Both the position numbers and the translations under genes were made by a program. A DNA stretch of 64,000 nucleotides, taken from an uncultured delta proteobacterium (GTDB taxonomy: Bacteria > Myxococcota > UBA727 > VGSZ01). The stretch is from assembly GCA_963775425.1 (NCBI GenBank), contig CAVZJB010000014.1, positions 160,001-224,000 of the forward strand. The letters run 5' to 3'. Below are positions 8,043 through 18,101 of the stretch, piece after piece. Under the pieces are notes generated by a model. It searched no databases. It was not told where the DNA came from and saw only the letters and a list, made by a program, of their open reading frames with translations. How positions within the stretch are numbered: the stretch's first letter is position 1; each line of letters begins with the position of its first letter.

Positions 8043-8422
8043 CGGCGCCCGCCACCTTCTACGAGCGCGTGGGCGGCGAAGCCGGGGTGAGGCGGCTCGT
8101 GGATCGCTTCTACGACCTGATGGATTCGCTCGACGAGGCGCGCGCGATCCGCGCGCTGCATCCGGCATCGCTCGCCGGCAGCCGCGACAAGCTCTTCGAG
8201 TTCCTCTCGGGGTGGCTCGGCGGCCCCAACCTCTACATCGAGAAGCGCGGCCACCCGCGGCTGCGTGCGCGCCACCTGCCGTTCGCGGTGGACGACGCCG
8301 GCGTGGACGCGTGGCTCGCGTGCATGTTCCGCGCGCTCGAAGAGACCGTCGACGACAAAGACGCCGTGGAGAAGCTCAAGGGCGGGCTCGCTCCGTTGGC
8401 GCGGCACATGAAGAACCGTTGA
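8039..8422 (+). CDS. Group II truncated hemoglobin
   Basis: YERVGGEAGVRRLVDRFY, WLGGPNLY, GHPRLRARHLPF. GTGA overlap with the upstream gene. Confidence 0.92.
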   Translation: MTAPATFYERVGGEAGVRRLVDRFYDLMDSLDEARAIRALHPASLAGSRDKLFEFLSGWLGGPNLYIEKRGHPRLRARHLPFAVDDAGVDAWLACMFRALEETVDDKDAVEKLKGGLAPLARHMKNR

Positions 8423-8847
8423 GCCTGCTCGCCGTCGACCTCGGGCTCTACGCCGGCCTCGCCTTCTTCGACGCCGAGGGCTCCCTCGCGTGGTTTCGTT
8501 CGCAGAACTTCTCGACGGTGACGCGGCTCAAGCGCGCCATCCCGCGTGTGCTCGACGAGTGCCCCGGACTGCGCTCGGTGGTCGTCGAAGGCGACCGTCG
8601 GCTGGGCGAGCTCTGGCAGAAGGCCGCCGAGAAGCGCGGCGCGTCGGTGATCCGGGTGCGGCCCGAGGTGTGGCGCGCGGCGCTCATGGCGCCGCGCGAG
8701 ATGCGGGACGGCGCCACGGCCAAGGAGAGCGCGCTGCGCATCGCCCGCGAGATCATCGACCGGAGCGGCGCTCGCAAGCCCAGGACGCCGCTGGTCGACG
8801 ACGTGGCCGAGGCCATCTGCATCGGCGCCTGGGCGGTCTCTCTGTAG
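8419..8847 (+). CDS. Hypothetical protein, RuvC/RNase H-like fold
   Basis: TTG start overlaps the upstream stop. LLAVDLG, VVVEG, PEVWR and DDVAEAICIG have RuvC-like acidic-residue spacing. Confidence 0.6.
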   Translation: MSLLAVDLGLYAGLAFFDAEGSLAWFRSQNFSTVTRLKRAIPRVLDECPGLRSVVVEGDRRLGELWQKAAEKRGASVIRVRPEVWRAALMAPREMRDGATAKESALRIAREIIDRSGARKPRTPLVDDVAEAICIGAWAVSL

Positions 8848-8905
8848 CCACCTGTCCCGATCGGCCGTGGCTCTTGTGGGGCGGGCGAGCGGCGCCATGG
8901 GCGCG

Positions 8906-9493
8906 CTACCTCGACGTCAATCTCTCCACGGCCTCCACAAAGCGGGCCGCAGCCGCTTTGTCTCGTGCTCGAACGCGGAACGTTCGGGATTGGAGGTCGT
9001 TGTTCATCGTCAACGTGATCGACCCACCCCAGGTAGAAGAGCTCGAGCGGATCGAGCCGATGCAGGAGAGTGGCACCTGCAAGTCCGGAATGTTCCAGCG
9101 ACGATCAAAGGTTGCAGAGATGGATCCTTCATCGAGCCGCAGGCAGCCGCTCGCGCTTCGCACCCGCGAACGGGAGGGTATCCACACCGGTGTCGCGATC
9201 GCCCTCGGCGAGAAGCCCGTCCGCCGAACACGCTCAGCGACCTCACCGAAGGTCCAGAACACCACGCTTCGGGGAACGTCGGTTCGACAGTGAACGATCC
9301 TGATGCCACCGAACAGATCGCCGCCGAGGGCACGCAACTCAACCACCTCGTCAGGCAAGAACTTCTCGGACCGGGGGCCCGCCTTCACTTCGATCGCCCT
9401 CTCGCTTGCGTGCAACTTCCCGAACGGAAAGCTCGCCCACGCGTTGCCGATCGAAGCGCTCCCAACGCGACTGTGCATCCTGTCGTCGTGCAT
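8906..9493 (-). CDS. Hypothetical protein, possibly two PH-like beta domains
   Basis: Open frame with visibly lower GC than neighbours. Start codon uncertain. Confidence 0.45.
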   Translation of the reverse strand: MHDDRMHSRVGSASIGNAWASFPFGKLHASERAIEVKAGPRSEKFLPDEVVELRALGGDLFGGIRIVHCRTDVPRSVVFWTFGEVAERVRRTGFSPRAIATPVWIPSRSRVRSASGCLRLDEGSISATFDRRWNIPDLQVPLSCIGSIRSSSSTWGGSITLTMNNDLQSRTFRVRARDKAAAARFVEAVERLTSR

Positions 9494-9521
9494 GACTTCG
9501 ACCCGTTCGACAGGGAGCGGG

Positions 9522-10793
9522 TCAGGCCCCCGGGAGGTTCTCCGGAAGGGCGCGCCACCCCCATGCCCACACGAGGCCGCCGAGCACGATGAAGATGGGG
9601 ACGATGACGAGCGCGGTCTCGAGCGAGCCGGTGGCGTCGGAGATCTTGCCGACAATCTTGGGGCTGGCGGCGTCGCCGAGCAGGTGGATGGAGAGGATGG
9701 ACAAGCCGAACGCGCGCGTGCGGAGGCCGACGTCGACGGAGTTCACGATCATCGCGTTGACCGGCGCGTTGTACATCATGAAGAAGATCATCCCGAGCAC
9801 GATGGCCACCGCCACCGCCGCCGGCTGCGCCACGAAGTAGATCGCCGCGGTCACCAACACCGCCGCCGGCACCAACGACAGCGCGCTCACGGCGAGGTAC
9901 GGGTGGCGGGTCTTGCCCTTGAGCTTGTCGCCGACGAGGCCGCCGGCGATGGTGCCGACGAGGCCGCCGATCACCGCGGCCATGCCCACGAGCGAGTCGG
10001 CGTCCGCGAGAGTGAAGCCGCGGTTGCGCAACAGGTGCGTGGCGAACCAGTCGGTGACGGCGCCGGTGGCGAAGGTGACGAGCGTGTAGCCGGCGACGGT
10101 GCACACGTAGAGGCGGTTTCTCAAAAGCTGCTTGAGCGCTTCGCCCCACGGCGGCGCCGGCGGGCTGTCGGCGTCGAATTGGCCGCGCCGCGGCTCGCGG
10201 ATGAAGAGCGCCAGCGCCGCCGCCAACAGGCCCGGCAGGCCGCAGATGAGGAACGCCGCGCGCCAGCCCCACAGCGCGTTGAGCTGCCCGCCGAGGAGGA
10301 AGCCGATGGCGGAGCCGACGGGCGTGGCGATGTAGAAGACGGTGAAGATGCGGTTGCGCCGCTCGGGCGGGAAGTAGTCTGCGAGGAGCGCGGGGCTGAT
10401 GGTGGCGTACGCGGCCTCGCCGATGCCGACGACGCCGCGCGCGACGAGGAGCTGGTCGTAGGTGTGGCAGAAGGCGCCCGCGGCGCTGGCGAGCGACCAC
10501 ACGGCCACGCCGATGGCGATGAGCACCTTGCGGCTCATGCGCTCGGCGAGCGAGCCGAACAGCGGGCTCGCGAACATATAGACCCACACGAACGCGAGCA
10601 GCAGCGTGCCGGTCTGGTCGTCGGTGAGGTGGAGGTCGTCCTTGAGCGGCTGCTTCACCGCGGAGGGGATCCAGCGGTCGATGTAGTTGAGCAGGTTCAT
10701 CGCCGTGAGGACGACGACCGCGAAGGCAGCGCCCGCGACCTGCGGTGTGGGCTTCTGCGACGGTGGCGACGAAGATCCGCCGGTTTCGTTCAC
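9522..10793 (-). CDS. MFS transporter, spinster-like
   Basis: NLLNYIDR, GIGEAAY, HLLGDAASP and ~12 TM segments. GTGA overlap with the upstream stop. Confidence 0.9.
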   Translation of the reverse strand: MNETGGSSSPPSQKPTPQVAGAAFAVVVLTAMNLLNYIDRWIPSAVKQPLKDDLHLTDDQTGTLLLAFVWVYMFASPLFGSLAERMSRKVLIAIGVAVWSLASAAGAFCHTYDQLLVARGVVGIGEAAYATISPALLADYFPPERRNRIFTVFYIATPVGSAIGFLLGGQLNALWGWRAAFLICGLPGLLAAALALFIREPRRGQFDADSPPAPPWGEALKQLLRNRLYVCTVAGYTLVTFATGAVTDWFATHLLRNRGFTLADADSLVGMAAVIGGLVGTIAGGLVGDKLKGKTRHPYLAVSALSLVPAAVLVTAAIYFVAQPAAVAVAIVLGMIFFMMYNAPVNAMIVNSVDVGLRTRAFGLSILSIHLLGDAASPKIVGKISDATGSLETALVIVPIFIVLGGLVWAWGWRALPENLPGA

Positions 10794-11791
10794 GGCCGCG
10801 AGGGTGACACGGCCGACGGTCTGGGCACCAGCGCGAAGGGGGTGTCGCCGTCGGGGAGCCCGTGGAGCGCGCGCCGGAGGCGCGCCTCGACGCACGGCCG
10901 CCGCGGGCTGGTGCGCACCGACACGACGGCGCCGCCGCGGGCGTGCAGCACGCCGGCGATGTCCTCGACGCCGCAGCTCTCGGCCGCGCGCGCGGCCCGC
11001 CGGCGCGCGCCCTCGGGGACGCCGTCGACGGTGAGCGTCCAGCGCGGTCCGCTCACGAGCGTCCCCCCAACGACACCGCCGGCGACACCGCCGACGGCCC
11101 CGCCCTCGACGCCGCCGCCGACGCCGCCCTCGACGCCGCCGACGACGCCGCCCTCGACGCCGTCCCCGCCGCCGCCCTCGACGCCCCGCACGCCGAGCCC
11201 GCCCACGCCGTAGGCGTCGCCGACGCTGTCTCCGACGAGCGCGCCGAGCACGTTGCCGTCGTCGGTGCCGAACAAGCTGGCCATCTGGCCCTGGTCGGCC
11301 GTGAGCAAGGCGAGGACACCCGCTTCGTGGCGCTTGCGCCGCGCGTGGGCCTTCCGCTTCGGCCGCCTGTGGTCGCTCTTCGTGCGGGCGACGCAGACGC
11401 CGTCGACACAGCGCTCGCGGGCGCCGCAGTCGGCGTCGACGGCGCAGACGCGGAGCGCGACGCCGTCGCCCGGGGCGCTCGCGGAGGCCAGCGCGAGCTC
11501 CCGCGGGGCCGGCGGCGGCGGCTTGGGCGCCTCCACCACCGACAGCACCACGCGCTCGGGCGCCTTGTCCACCGGCTTCACCGTGGCGCAGGTGGCGGCG
11601 AGGAACGGGATGGGCAGGAGCGTGAAGAACAGGAAGAGCCCGACGGCGACCGCGTGGGCGAACGCGCTCAAGCCGTGGAAGCTGACCCAGAAGCCCGCGG
11701 CCATGACGCGGTCGCTCGACGTCACCGGCTCCGCCCAGGGGGAGAGCGGGTCGATCACCGAGGAGGGGGCGGCGACGTCGAGGGCGCGCAT
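10790..11791 (-). CDS. Membrane-anchored protein with Cys-rich module, Gly-rich region and AgmX/TonB-C-like C-terminus
   Basis: N-terminal TM, a CAVDADC..C..GVC module and 'GVLALL...VGDAYGVGGLGVRG', as in myxobacterial GltJ/AgmX-like proteins. Confidence 0.5.
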   Translation of the reverse strand: MRALDVAAPSSVIDPLSPWAEPVTSSDRVMAAGFWVSFHGLSAFAHAVAVGLFLFFTLLPIPFLAATCATVKPVDKAPERVVLSVVEAPKPPPPAPRELALASASAPGDGVALRVCAVDADCGARERCVDGVCVARTKSDHRRPKRKAHARRKRHEAGVLALLTADQGQMASLFGTDDGNVLGALVGDSVGDAYGVGGLGVRGVEGGGGDGVEGGVVGGVEGGVGGGVEGGAVGGVAGGVVGGTLVSGPRWTLTVDGVPEGARRRAARAAESCGVEDIAGVLHARGGAVVSVRTSPRRPCVEARLRRALHGLPDGDTPFALVPRPSAVSPSRP

Positions 11792-11847
11792 CGAGCGGCG
11801 GACCGTAGCGGCGCCGGCGTCGCCTGCCGATGACGACGGTCACGCCG

Positions 11848-12432
11848 CTAGTGCCGCCGGACCCAGGCCGCGACGTCGTCGGCGAGCGAGGCCGCGCACG
11901 CCTCGGACGCGGCGTGGATGTCCTCGGTGGTGCCGCCGCCGACGTCCGCCCGCGAAGACAGCGAGGCCACGAGCTTCTTTTGCGGCAGCTCGGCGACGGC
12001 CGCGCTGCACCGGACGTAGATGCCGCTGCGCGACCTGCCGCTCTGGCTGCGCAGGGACACGGCGTAGCTGTGCCCGCCGGCCTCGACGCCGCGCATCCGC
12101 TTCTGCAGCGCGTGCAGGAGCGCGGGGTCCCCGCTGAGCGCGACGGTGTGCGCCTCGCCCGCCGCGCTCGCGATCTTCTTTTCGGCGGCGGCGCGCTTCT
12201 TCAGCGCGCGCTTCAACAGGCGCCCCTTGCGCGTCCTGGCGGGCTTCTTGTCGATCTTGCTCTCGAGGTCGGGGTCGGGCGGCTTCGGAGCCTCCACCGG
12301 GAGCGACGCCGGCCCCGGCGGTGGCTCCACCACGCCGGGGGAGCGGCCCACCCACACGACGACGACGGCGGCGCACACGAGCAGGAGGAGCGCCACCACC
12401 AGGAGCGGATCCGGCCGCTTCCTCTCTCTCAC
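11848..12432 (-). CDS. Hypothetical single-TM protein
   Basis: GTG overlaps the ATPase stop (GTGA). N-terminal TM, Pro-rich linker and basic domain. Confidence 0.65.
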   Translation of the reverse strand: MRERKRPDPLLVVALLLLVCAAVVVVWVGRSPGVVEPPPGPASLPVEAPKPPDPDLESKIDKKPARTRKGRLLKRALKKRAAAEKKIASAAGEAHTVALSGDPALLHALQKRMRGVEAGGHSYAVSLRSQSGRSRSGIYVRCSAAVAELPQKKLVASLSSRADVGGGTTEDIHAASEACAASLADDVAAWVRRH

Positions 12433-15400
12433 TCTTCCTCGCGTCGAACGCCCGCCGGCCGCGGCTTGAACGGGCGATACACCTCGTTTTGCGCCGGCTG
12501 CGGCGCAGGCAGCCCCTTCTCCTCGAGCGCCTTCAGCTCCTCGAGGACCTCCTCGAGGCGCTTGGCGTTGCCCTTCTCGTGCTCGATGGACGACGACAGC
12601 GCCTTCACGATGGGCAGGAGGCTCGCCTCGATGAGGATGGTCTGCAGCCGCACCAGCTCGGCGATGCCCGCTGGCGCCGGGCTTGTCACCTTGACGTCGA
12701 GGCGCGCGGCCATGAGCGCCTCGATGACCTGATCGAGCCGCGCCACCAGCACCGGATCGAGCGCGGGCGCCACGTGCTGGGGCACCTTCACCTCGACCGT
12801 GGGCGCGCTCTGGGCGGGGACGTTCACGTGCACGGCAGGCGCCTCGAGCACCGGCGCCGGCCGCGCCGACGCGGCGGTGATGGCGCCCGCGATCTGCTCC
12901 ACGCGCTGCGCGAGGCCGGCGAGCGTGTTGGTCACGCGCGTGGCCGGATCGTCGCTGTCGCTGCCCTGCATCTTGGCCCGCGCGTAGCCGTTCTTGATCT
13001 CCGCCCAGCGCGCGCGCTCCTCGGGGGAGAGGCGGTTTCTCAGCTCGGCGAGCTTCAGCAGGTTCACCTCGGCGCCGGTGGTGAGCGTCTGCGCCTCGGA
13101 GCGGTAGTGATCGTCGACCAGCCGCTCGAGCTCGTCGTCGTTCATCACGCTCACCACCTTCTCCGCGAGCTTGTTCATGTTGCGGTAGCTGCCCTGCAGC
13201 TTGAACGGCGGCTCGGTGCGGAAGCGCTCGTCGGTGGCGGCCGACGAGATGTACGTGGCGTTCACCTTGAGGAGCGTCTGCTGGATCTTGATGAGCTTTT
13301 GGAGCACGCGCACGATCTCGTCGATCTCGGCGCCCGAGTACCCGTACTTGAGATCGGTGGACGGCACCTGCTCGCCCTGCGCCATGCGCACCAGGAGCTT
13401 GATGTCGGCAGGGTCCCGCGACGCCAAGGGTTGCAGCACCGGGTTGGAGGTGAGCGCGTTTTCCACGTAGCTGAGGGCGAACTCGCGCTCGCGCCCGCCG
13501 AGGATGTCGCCGAGGTTGTAGGTGTCGGCGCGGTTGGCGAGCATGTCGGGGATCTTGAACTTCTCGCCGGACTCCGTGTACGGGTTGCCCGCCATGCACA
13601 CCACGAGCTTCTTGCCGCGCAGGTCGTAGGTGCGCGTCCTCCCGTGCCAGACGCCCTCGACGCGGCGGGTGCCGTCGCACAGCGAGATGAACTTCTGGAG
13701 GAGCTCTGGGTTCGTGTGCTGGATGTCGTCGAGGAGGAGCAACACGTTGTTGCCCATCTCGAAGGCGAAGTTGATCTTGTCGACCTCCTGCCGCGCGGTG
13801 GCGTTGGGCGCTTCGGCGGGATCGAGCGACGTGGTCTCGTGGCCGAGGGCGGGCCCGTTGGCCTTCACGTAGACGAGGCCGAGGCGCGAGGCCACGTACT
13901 CCATCAGCGTGGTCTTGCCGTACCCGGGCGGCGAGATGAGCAACAGCATGCCCATCAAGTCCGTGCGCTTGCTGGCGCCCGCGGCGCCCATCTGCTTGGC
14001 GAGGTTGTCGCCGATGAGCGGCAGGTACACGTCGTTGACGAGCTGGTTGCGCACGAAGCTCGAGAGCACGCGCGGCTTGAGCTCGTCGATCTTCAGGCGG
14101 CGTCGCGCGGTGTCGACGACGTCGGCGCGGCGCTTCTTGAGCTCGAGGAAGCGCGGCACGCGCACCTCGATGAAGCGCCGCGCGCGGTCGAGGATGTCGT
14201 CGAGCCGCAGCGTGAGCTTGCCCGCGGCGATGCGCGGGTGCCGGCTCAAGAGCCCCTCGACGACGATGGAGCCCGCGGTGTCGGCCGTGACGCGCTCCAC
14301 GCGGCCGCGCGTGACGAGGTGCGCGACGGCCTCGAGCGCCGCGGGCGAGCCCGCGTCGACGACGCTGTCCACCCACGCGAGCGCCAAAGCCACCTGCGCG
14401 CCGATGTGGCCGTCGAGGGAGCCGAGGTCGGCGGTGACGTCGCCGACCCTGTCCACGACGGCCTCGGCCTCGCGCGAAAGGACGAAGCGCACGCCGCCGA
14501 GCCCGCCGTCCCCCGCGGCGGCGGCGGCGCTCCCCGCGGGGACCGCCGGCGCGGCGGTGGCGGTGTCGTTGCCGACCTCGTCGAGGAGGTACGCGGCCGC
14601 GGCGCGCGCGTCGCCGGCGTCGGCCCCCAGGCGCGCACCGACGCCGCTCCTCTCGAGGAACGAGGCGATCTCCCTGCCCACGTCGTCGACCAGCGCGAGC
14701 GCGGCCTTGCTCTGCGGGTGCGCGCGCAACAGCCTCGCGGCGCCGCGCAGGCGCGCCGCGAGGAGGGCGCGGCCCTCCTCCTCCTTGGCCGCCGCCATGA
14801 AGAGCACCGCGAGCGCGCGCGCCTTGGGCGAGTGCCGCAACAGCCCCGCCTGCCGCTGCAGCCCCAGCACGGTGCCGAGGATCCTGGCGGCGTCGGCGTC
14901 GTGGACGCCGCGGTCGTAGCCCTCGTCGTAGCGCGAGCGCGCGATGCCCGACACGAGCGCCTCCAGCGTCCCGTCGCGGGCGGCGTCCTCGAGGGCGCGC
15001 TTGCCCCTCCCGGCGCTCGACGCGGCGCCCGACGCGGCGGCGCCCGAGGTGGCGCCCGCGGGCGTGACGCCTGCGACCGCCGCCGGCACGACGCCCGCGG
15101 TGTCCGCCGCGTCGCCGGGGATGGCGAGGTCGCCGCGCTCGGCGGCGAGCAGGATGGACATCGCGAGGAACTCGGCGCGCGACAGCGCCGCGCCCTCGGA
15201 GACCAGCGGCTCGTCGAAGAGGTCGGCGAAGGACAACAGCGCTGCGCCCTCGGGCGCCTTCGGGTCAATGTCCTCGAAGTAGTCGGTGCCGGTGAGGTGG
15301 ATGGCCAGGCCCGGGGAGCCGTCGTCGCGCTTGCGCGGCAGCAGCGTGACGTCGAAGGCCTGGGTGTTCACCGTGAAGCGGTGCTTGCCGAGCTGCACGA

Positions 15401-17990
15401 GGGGGCCGCCGCCGCCCTCGCCCTCGACGAACATCTCGCTCTTGTCGCGCACCTGGCGCAGCGCCTCGCTGCGCACGCTCTTGAGCTTGGAGAGCACCTC
15501 CTCGCTCTTCACCGTGTCGCCGAGCGCGGCGAGGTCCGCGGCGATGGCCCGCGCCTTCTCGATCATCGGGTCCGCGGCGAAGGCGGAGTTCAGCTCGTCG
15601 ACGCTCTTGGACGCCATGGCCCGGCGCTTCACGCCGTCGAGGATGCGCTGCGCCGACGTCATCATGTTCTGCGCGCGGCGGTTGCGCTCGTCGAGGAGCT
15701 GTTGCTTCTTGGCGGTGAGCGACTCGAAGATCTTCTCGCGCTTCTCCGCGAGGACGGCGACGGCGTCGTCGAGCTCGGCGAAGCGGCCCTCGAGCTCCTC
15801 CACGGTCACCAACAGCCGCGCGAGCTCCTGGTCGCAGCGCTCGGGCGTGTCTGCCATGGACAAAGCGCTCTCGATGGCCTGCGACAGCAGCTTGGTCTGC
15901 GCCCCGAGCTCCGATGCGCCCTCCTGCTTCAGGAGGTCCTTGCGCTTGCCGTCGAGCACCGCGCGCGCGCGGTTGAGCTGCGCGATGACCCCGGCGATCT
16001 CCTCGAGGATGGAGGTGCGCGCGGCGGCGTCGTCGATCTTGAGCTGCCCGGTGACCTCCGTGAGCAGTTGCAGGCCGGCCTGCACGCGGTCGAGCTCCTC
16101 GAGCAGCGGCTTGCAGTCCGAGGCCTGCCGGACCTCCGCGCCCTGCTTCACGATCTCGTCGTGCTTGTCGATGTACGGCTGGAGCGCGCCGTCGCTCTGC
16201 AGGAACGCGCCGGCCTTGCGCGTGAGGTCGTCAAAGGCGTCGGCGCACTCTTTCTCGAGCGCCTTGAGCCGCGGCACGTCGATGTAGCGCTGCTCCATCA
16301 GCGTGATCAGCGAGCCGCGCTGCGTGCGCAGCGACTTCATGGCCTCGAGGAACGGATCGATGCTGGTGAAGCTGTCGGGCCGAACGTCGGAGAGCACCGC
16401 GCGCTGTTTGTCCTCGGCCTGCCGCAGCGACTCCGCCGCCGCCTTCTGGATGGCGACGATCTTCTCGAACTCGTCGACGACGAGATCGGCGGTGGTGCGC
16501 ACCTCGGCGACGCTGGCGGCGACGTTGCCGACCTCCTCGTCGCCGAGCCACGGATACGTGTCCGTGATGCGCGTGCACTCGGCGATGAGGTCCTCGTACA
16601 TCTTCACCGTGGGCTTCTGGTTGCCCACCATGCGCCGGATGGTGTGCGCGTCGGAGATGGCGCGCACGGCCTCCGGGTTGCCCACCTTGACGAGGAGCGA
16701 GCCGGCGAATTCTCCGCCGGTCTTCTGCGAGGCGGCGACGTCGGCGGAGACGAAGGGCGTGCGCCAGATGCGCATCGGGTGTACGCGCGTGGGCTCGCCG
16801 CCATCGGAGCGGAAGACCACCAGCGTGCCGTCGTCGAAGAGCGACCACCCGTGGCACAGGATGGGGCTCTTCACTTCCTTGTCGATGAGGTTGTACGCGA
16901 GCAGCGCGCGTCGACCGGTGGCGGCCTCGTAAAACACGTAGAGGACGTCTTCGCCGTTGGGGGAGCGCACCATGCGCTCGAAGGTGAGCCCGCGGCTGTC
17001 GAAGTCGAAGGTCTTCACCTCGCCGGTGGCCAGGGCGAAGCCGCCGGGGAAGATGATGCCGTGATCTTCGGGCAGCTCCACGCACGACGCGGCGATGGCG
17101 TCGACGCGGTGGGCCTCTTTGCTGCGCGTGTTGAACACGAAGTAGCGGAAGTCCTGCTCCCGGTAGGGCAGCACCTTCAACAGGATGAGCGCGCCGACCT
17201 TGGCGTAGAAGAATTGCGCGTCGTCGAGGGACTGCGACGCGTCCTCGACGGCCTCGGCGTAGACGCCCGCGCCCGACGCGGTGTTGTTCTCCACCTTGAT
17301 GGTGAGGTCGCCGCCGGTGGTCTCGACAAAGACGGTGTCGAGGACGTTCACGTGCGGGAAGCGGCCGGTGACGTAGTTTTCGCGCGTGGCGCGGGTCCAC
17401 TCGAAGCCGTGCGTGGGCGGGAAGGTGTGGTCCTCGAGGCCGTCGGCGTCGAGGTACTCGACGGCGCCCTTGCGATCGACGGCCCAGCGAAAGACCTTGA
17501 GGTCACGCAGCGACGGGCCGGTCTTGAAGACGGCGAGCAGGCGGCCGCTGTCGAGGCTGCGCAACTGCAGGAGCTCGGCGTCCTTGTAGTACTTGTAGAG
17601 CTCCGTGAAGTCCTTGACGAAGCGCTCGTCCTTCAAAAACGGCGGGAGCGGGACGCCGTCGAGGTTCCAGGCGCCGTCGACGAGGTCGCAGCGGTGGACG
17701 GCGAAGGCGTCCTCGACGCGCGTCTCCTTGCGCAGCCCGATGAAGACGTTGTAGCCGAACAGCAGCTTGCCGCCGACGTTGAGGATGTCGCGCGGGACGC
17801 AGTTGTTCTCGGTGCGGACGCGCTCGTTGGCGAGCACGGCGAGCTCGGACCCGCCGAACACCTCCATGCGGCGCGCGTTGAGCGCCTCGATCTTCTCCTG
17901 CAGCTTGCGACCGTGCTCGTCGAGTCGCGCCTTGATGATGTCGTAGGCGCTGCCTTCTACGTTGGCCGCCGCCGCCGTCGCCGTCGTCAT
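12429..17990 (-). CDS. Very large AAA+ ATPase ('DNA repair ATPase'/DUF3686-type), 1853 aa
   Basis: Walker A SPPGYGKTT, Walker B LLLLDDIQH, AGNPY, central coiled coil and N-terminal RTENNCVPRDI motif. Confidence 0.88.
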   Translation of the reverse strand: MTTATAAAANVEGSAYDIIKARLDEHGRKLQEKIEALNARRMEVFGGSELAVLANERVRTENNCVPRDILNVGGKLLFGYNVFIGLRKETRVEDAFAVHRCDLVDGAWNLDGVPLPPFLKDERFVKDFTELYKYYKDAELLQLRSLDSGRLLAVFKTGPSLRDLKVFRWAVDRKGAVEYLDADGLEDHTFPPTHGFEWTRATRENYVTGRFPHVNVLDTVFVETTGGDLTIKVENNTASGAGVYAEAVEDASQSLDDAQFFYAKVGALILLKVLPYREQDFRYFVFNTRSKEAHRVDAIAASCVELPEDHGIIFPGGFALATGEVKTFDFDSRGLTFERMVRSPNGEDVLYVFYEAATGRRALLAYNLIDKEVKSPILCHGWSLFDDGTLVVFRSDGGEPTRVHPMRIWRTPFVSADVAASQKTGGEFAGSLLVKVGNPEAVRAISDAHTIRRMVGNQKPTVKMYEDLIAECTRITDTYPWLGDEEVGNVAASVAEVRTTADLVVDEFEKIVAIQKAAAESLRQAEDKQRAVLSDVRPDSFTSIDPFLEAMKSLRTQRGSLITLMEQRYIDVPRLKALEKECADAFDDLTRKAGAFLQSDGALQPYIDKHDEIVKQGAEVRQASDCKPLLEELDRVQAGLQLLTEVTGQLKIDDAAARTSILEEIAGVIAQLNRARAVLDGKRKDLLKQEGASELGAQTKLLSQAIESALSMADTPERCDQELARLLVTVEELEGRFAELDDAVAVLAEKREKIFESLTAKKQQLLDERNRRAQNMMTSAQRILDGVKRRAMASKSVDELNSAFAADPMIEKARAIAADLAALGDTVKSEEVLSKLKSVRSEALRQVRDKSEMFVEGEGGGGPLVQLGKHRFTVNTQAFDVTLLPRKRDDGSPGLAIHLTGTDYFEDIDPKAPEGAALLSFADLFDEPLVSEGAALSRAEFLAMSILLAAERGDLAIPGDAADTAGVVPAAVAGVTPAGATSGAAASGAASSAGRGKRALEDAARDGTLEALVSGIARSRYDEGYDRGVHDADAARILGTVLGLQRQAGLLRHSPKARALAVLFMAAAKEEEGRALLAARLRGAARLLRAHPQSKAALALVDDVGREIASFLERSGVGARLGADAGDARAAAAYLLDEVGNDTATAAPAVPAGSAAAAAGDGGLGGVRFVLSREAEAVVDRVGDVTADLGSLDGHIGAQVALALAWVDSVVDAGSPAALEAVAHLVTRGRVERVTADTAGSIVVEGLLSRHPRIAAGKLTLRLDDILDRARRFIEVRVPRFLELKKRRADVVDTARRRLKIDELKPRVLSSFVRNQLVNDVYLPLIGDNLAKQMGAAGASKRTDLMGMLLLISPPGYGKTTLMEYVASRLGLVYVKANGPALGHETTSLDPAEAPNATARQEVDKINFAFEMGNNVLLLLDDIQHTNPELLQKFISLCDGTRRVEGVWHGRTRTYDLRGKKLVVCMAGNPYTESGEKFKIPDMLANRADTYNLGDILGGREREFALSYVENALTSNPVLQPLASRDPADIKLLVRMAQGEQVPSTDLKYGYSGAEIDEIVRVLQKLIKIQQTLLKVNATYISSAATDERFRTEPPFKLQGSYRNMNKLAEKVVSVMNDDELERLVDDHYRSEAQTLTTGAEVNLLKLAELRNRLSPEERARWAEIKNGYARAKMQGSDSDDPATRVTNTLAGLAQRVEQIAGAITAASARPAPVLEAPAVHVNVPAQSAPTVEVKVPQHVAPALDPVLVARLDQVIEALMAARLDVKVTSPAPAGIAELVRLQTILIEASLLPIVKALSSSIEHEKGNAKRLEEVLEELKALEEKGLPAPQPAQNEVYRPFKPRPAGVRREEE

Positions 17991-18101
17991 CGTGCCACGC
18001 TAGCACGCCGCCGCCGGCGCCCGTGCAGCTTCCGCGGGTGAGTCAGCTCGCCGCCTGGAGGGCCTCGCCACAGGACGCGGCGGCCCCGTCGCCGGCGCGC
18101 T

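Noticed and set aside
12321-18041. 1906-aa plus-strand ORF and similar long antisense ORFs (e.g. 2928-5804, 23399-25255 extension, 41273-43084)
   Set aside because: Shadow frames opposite real genes, as expected in very high-GC DNA.
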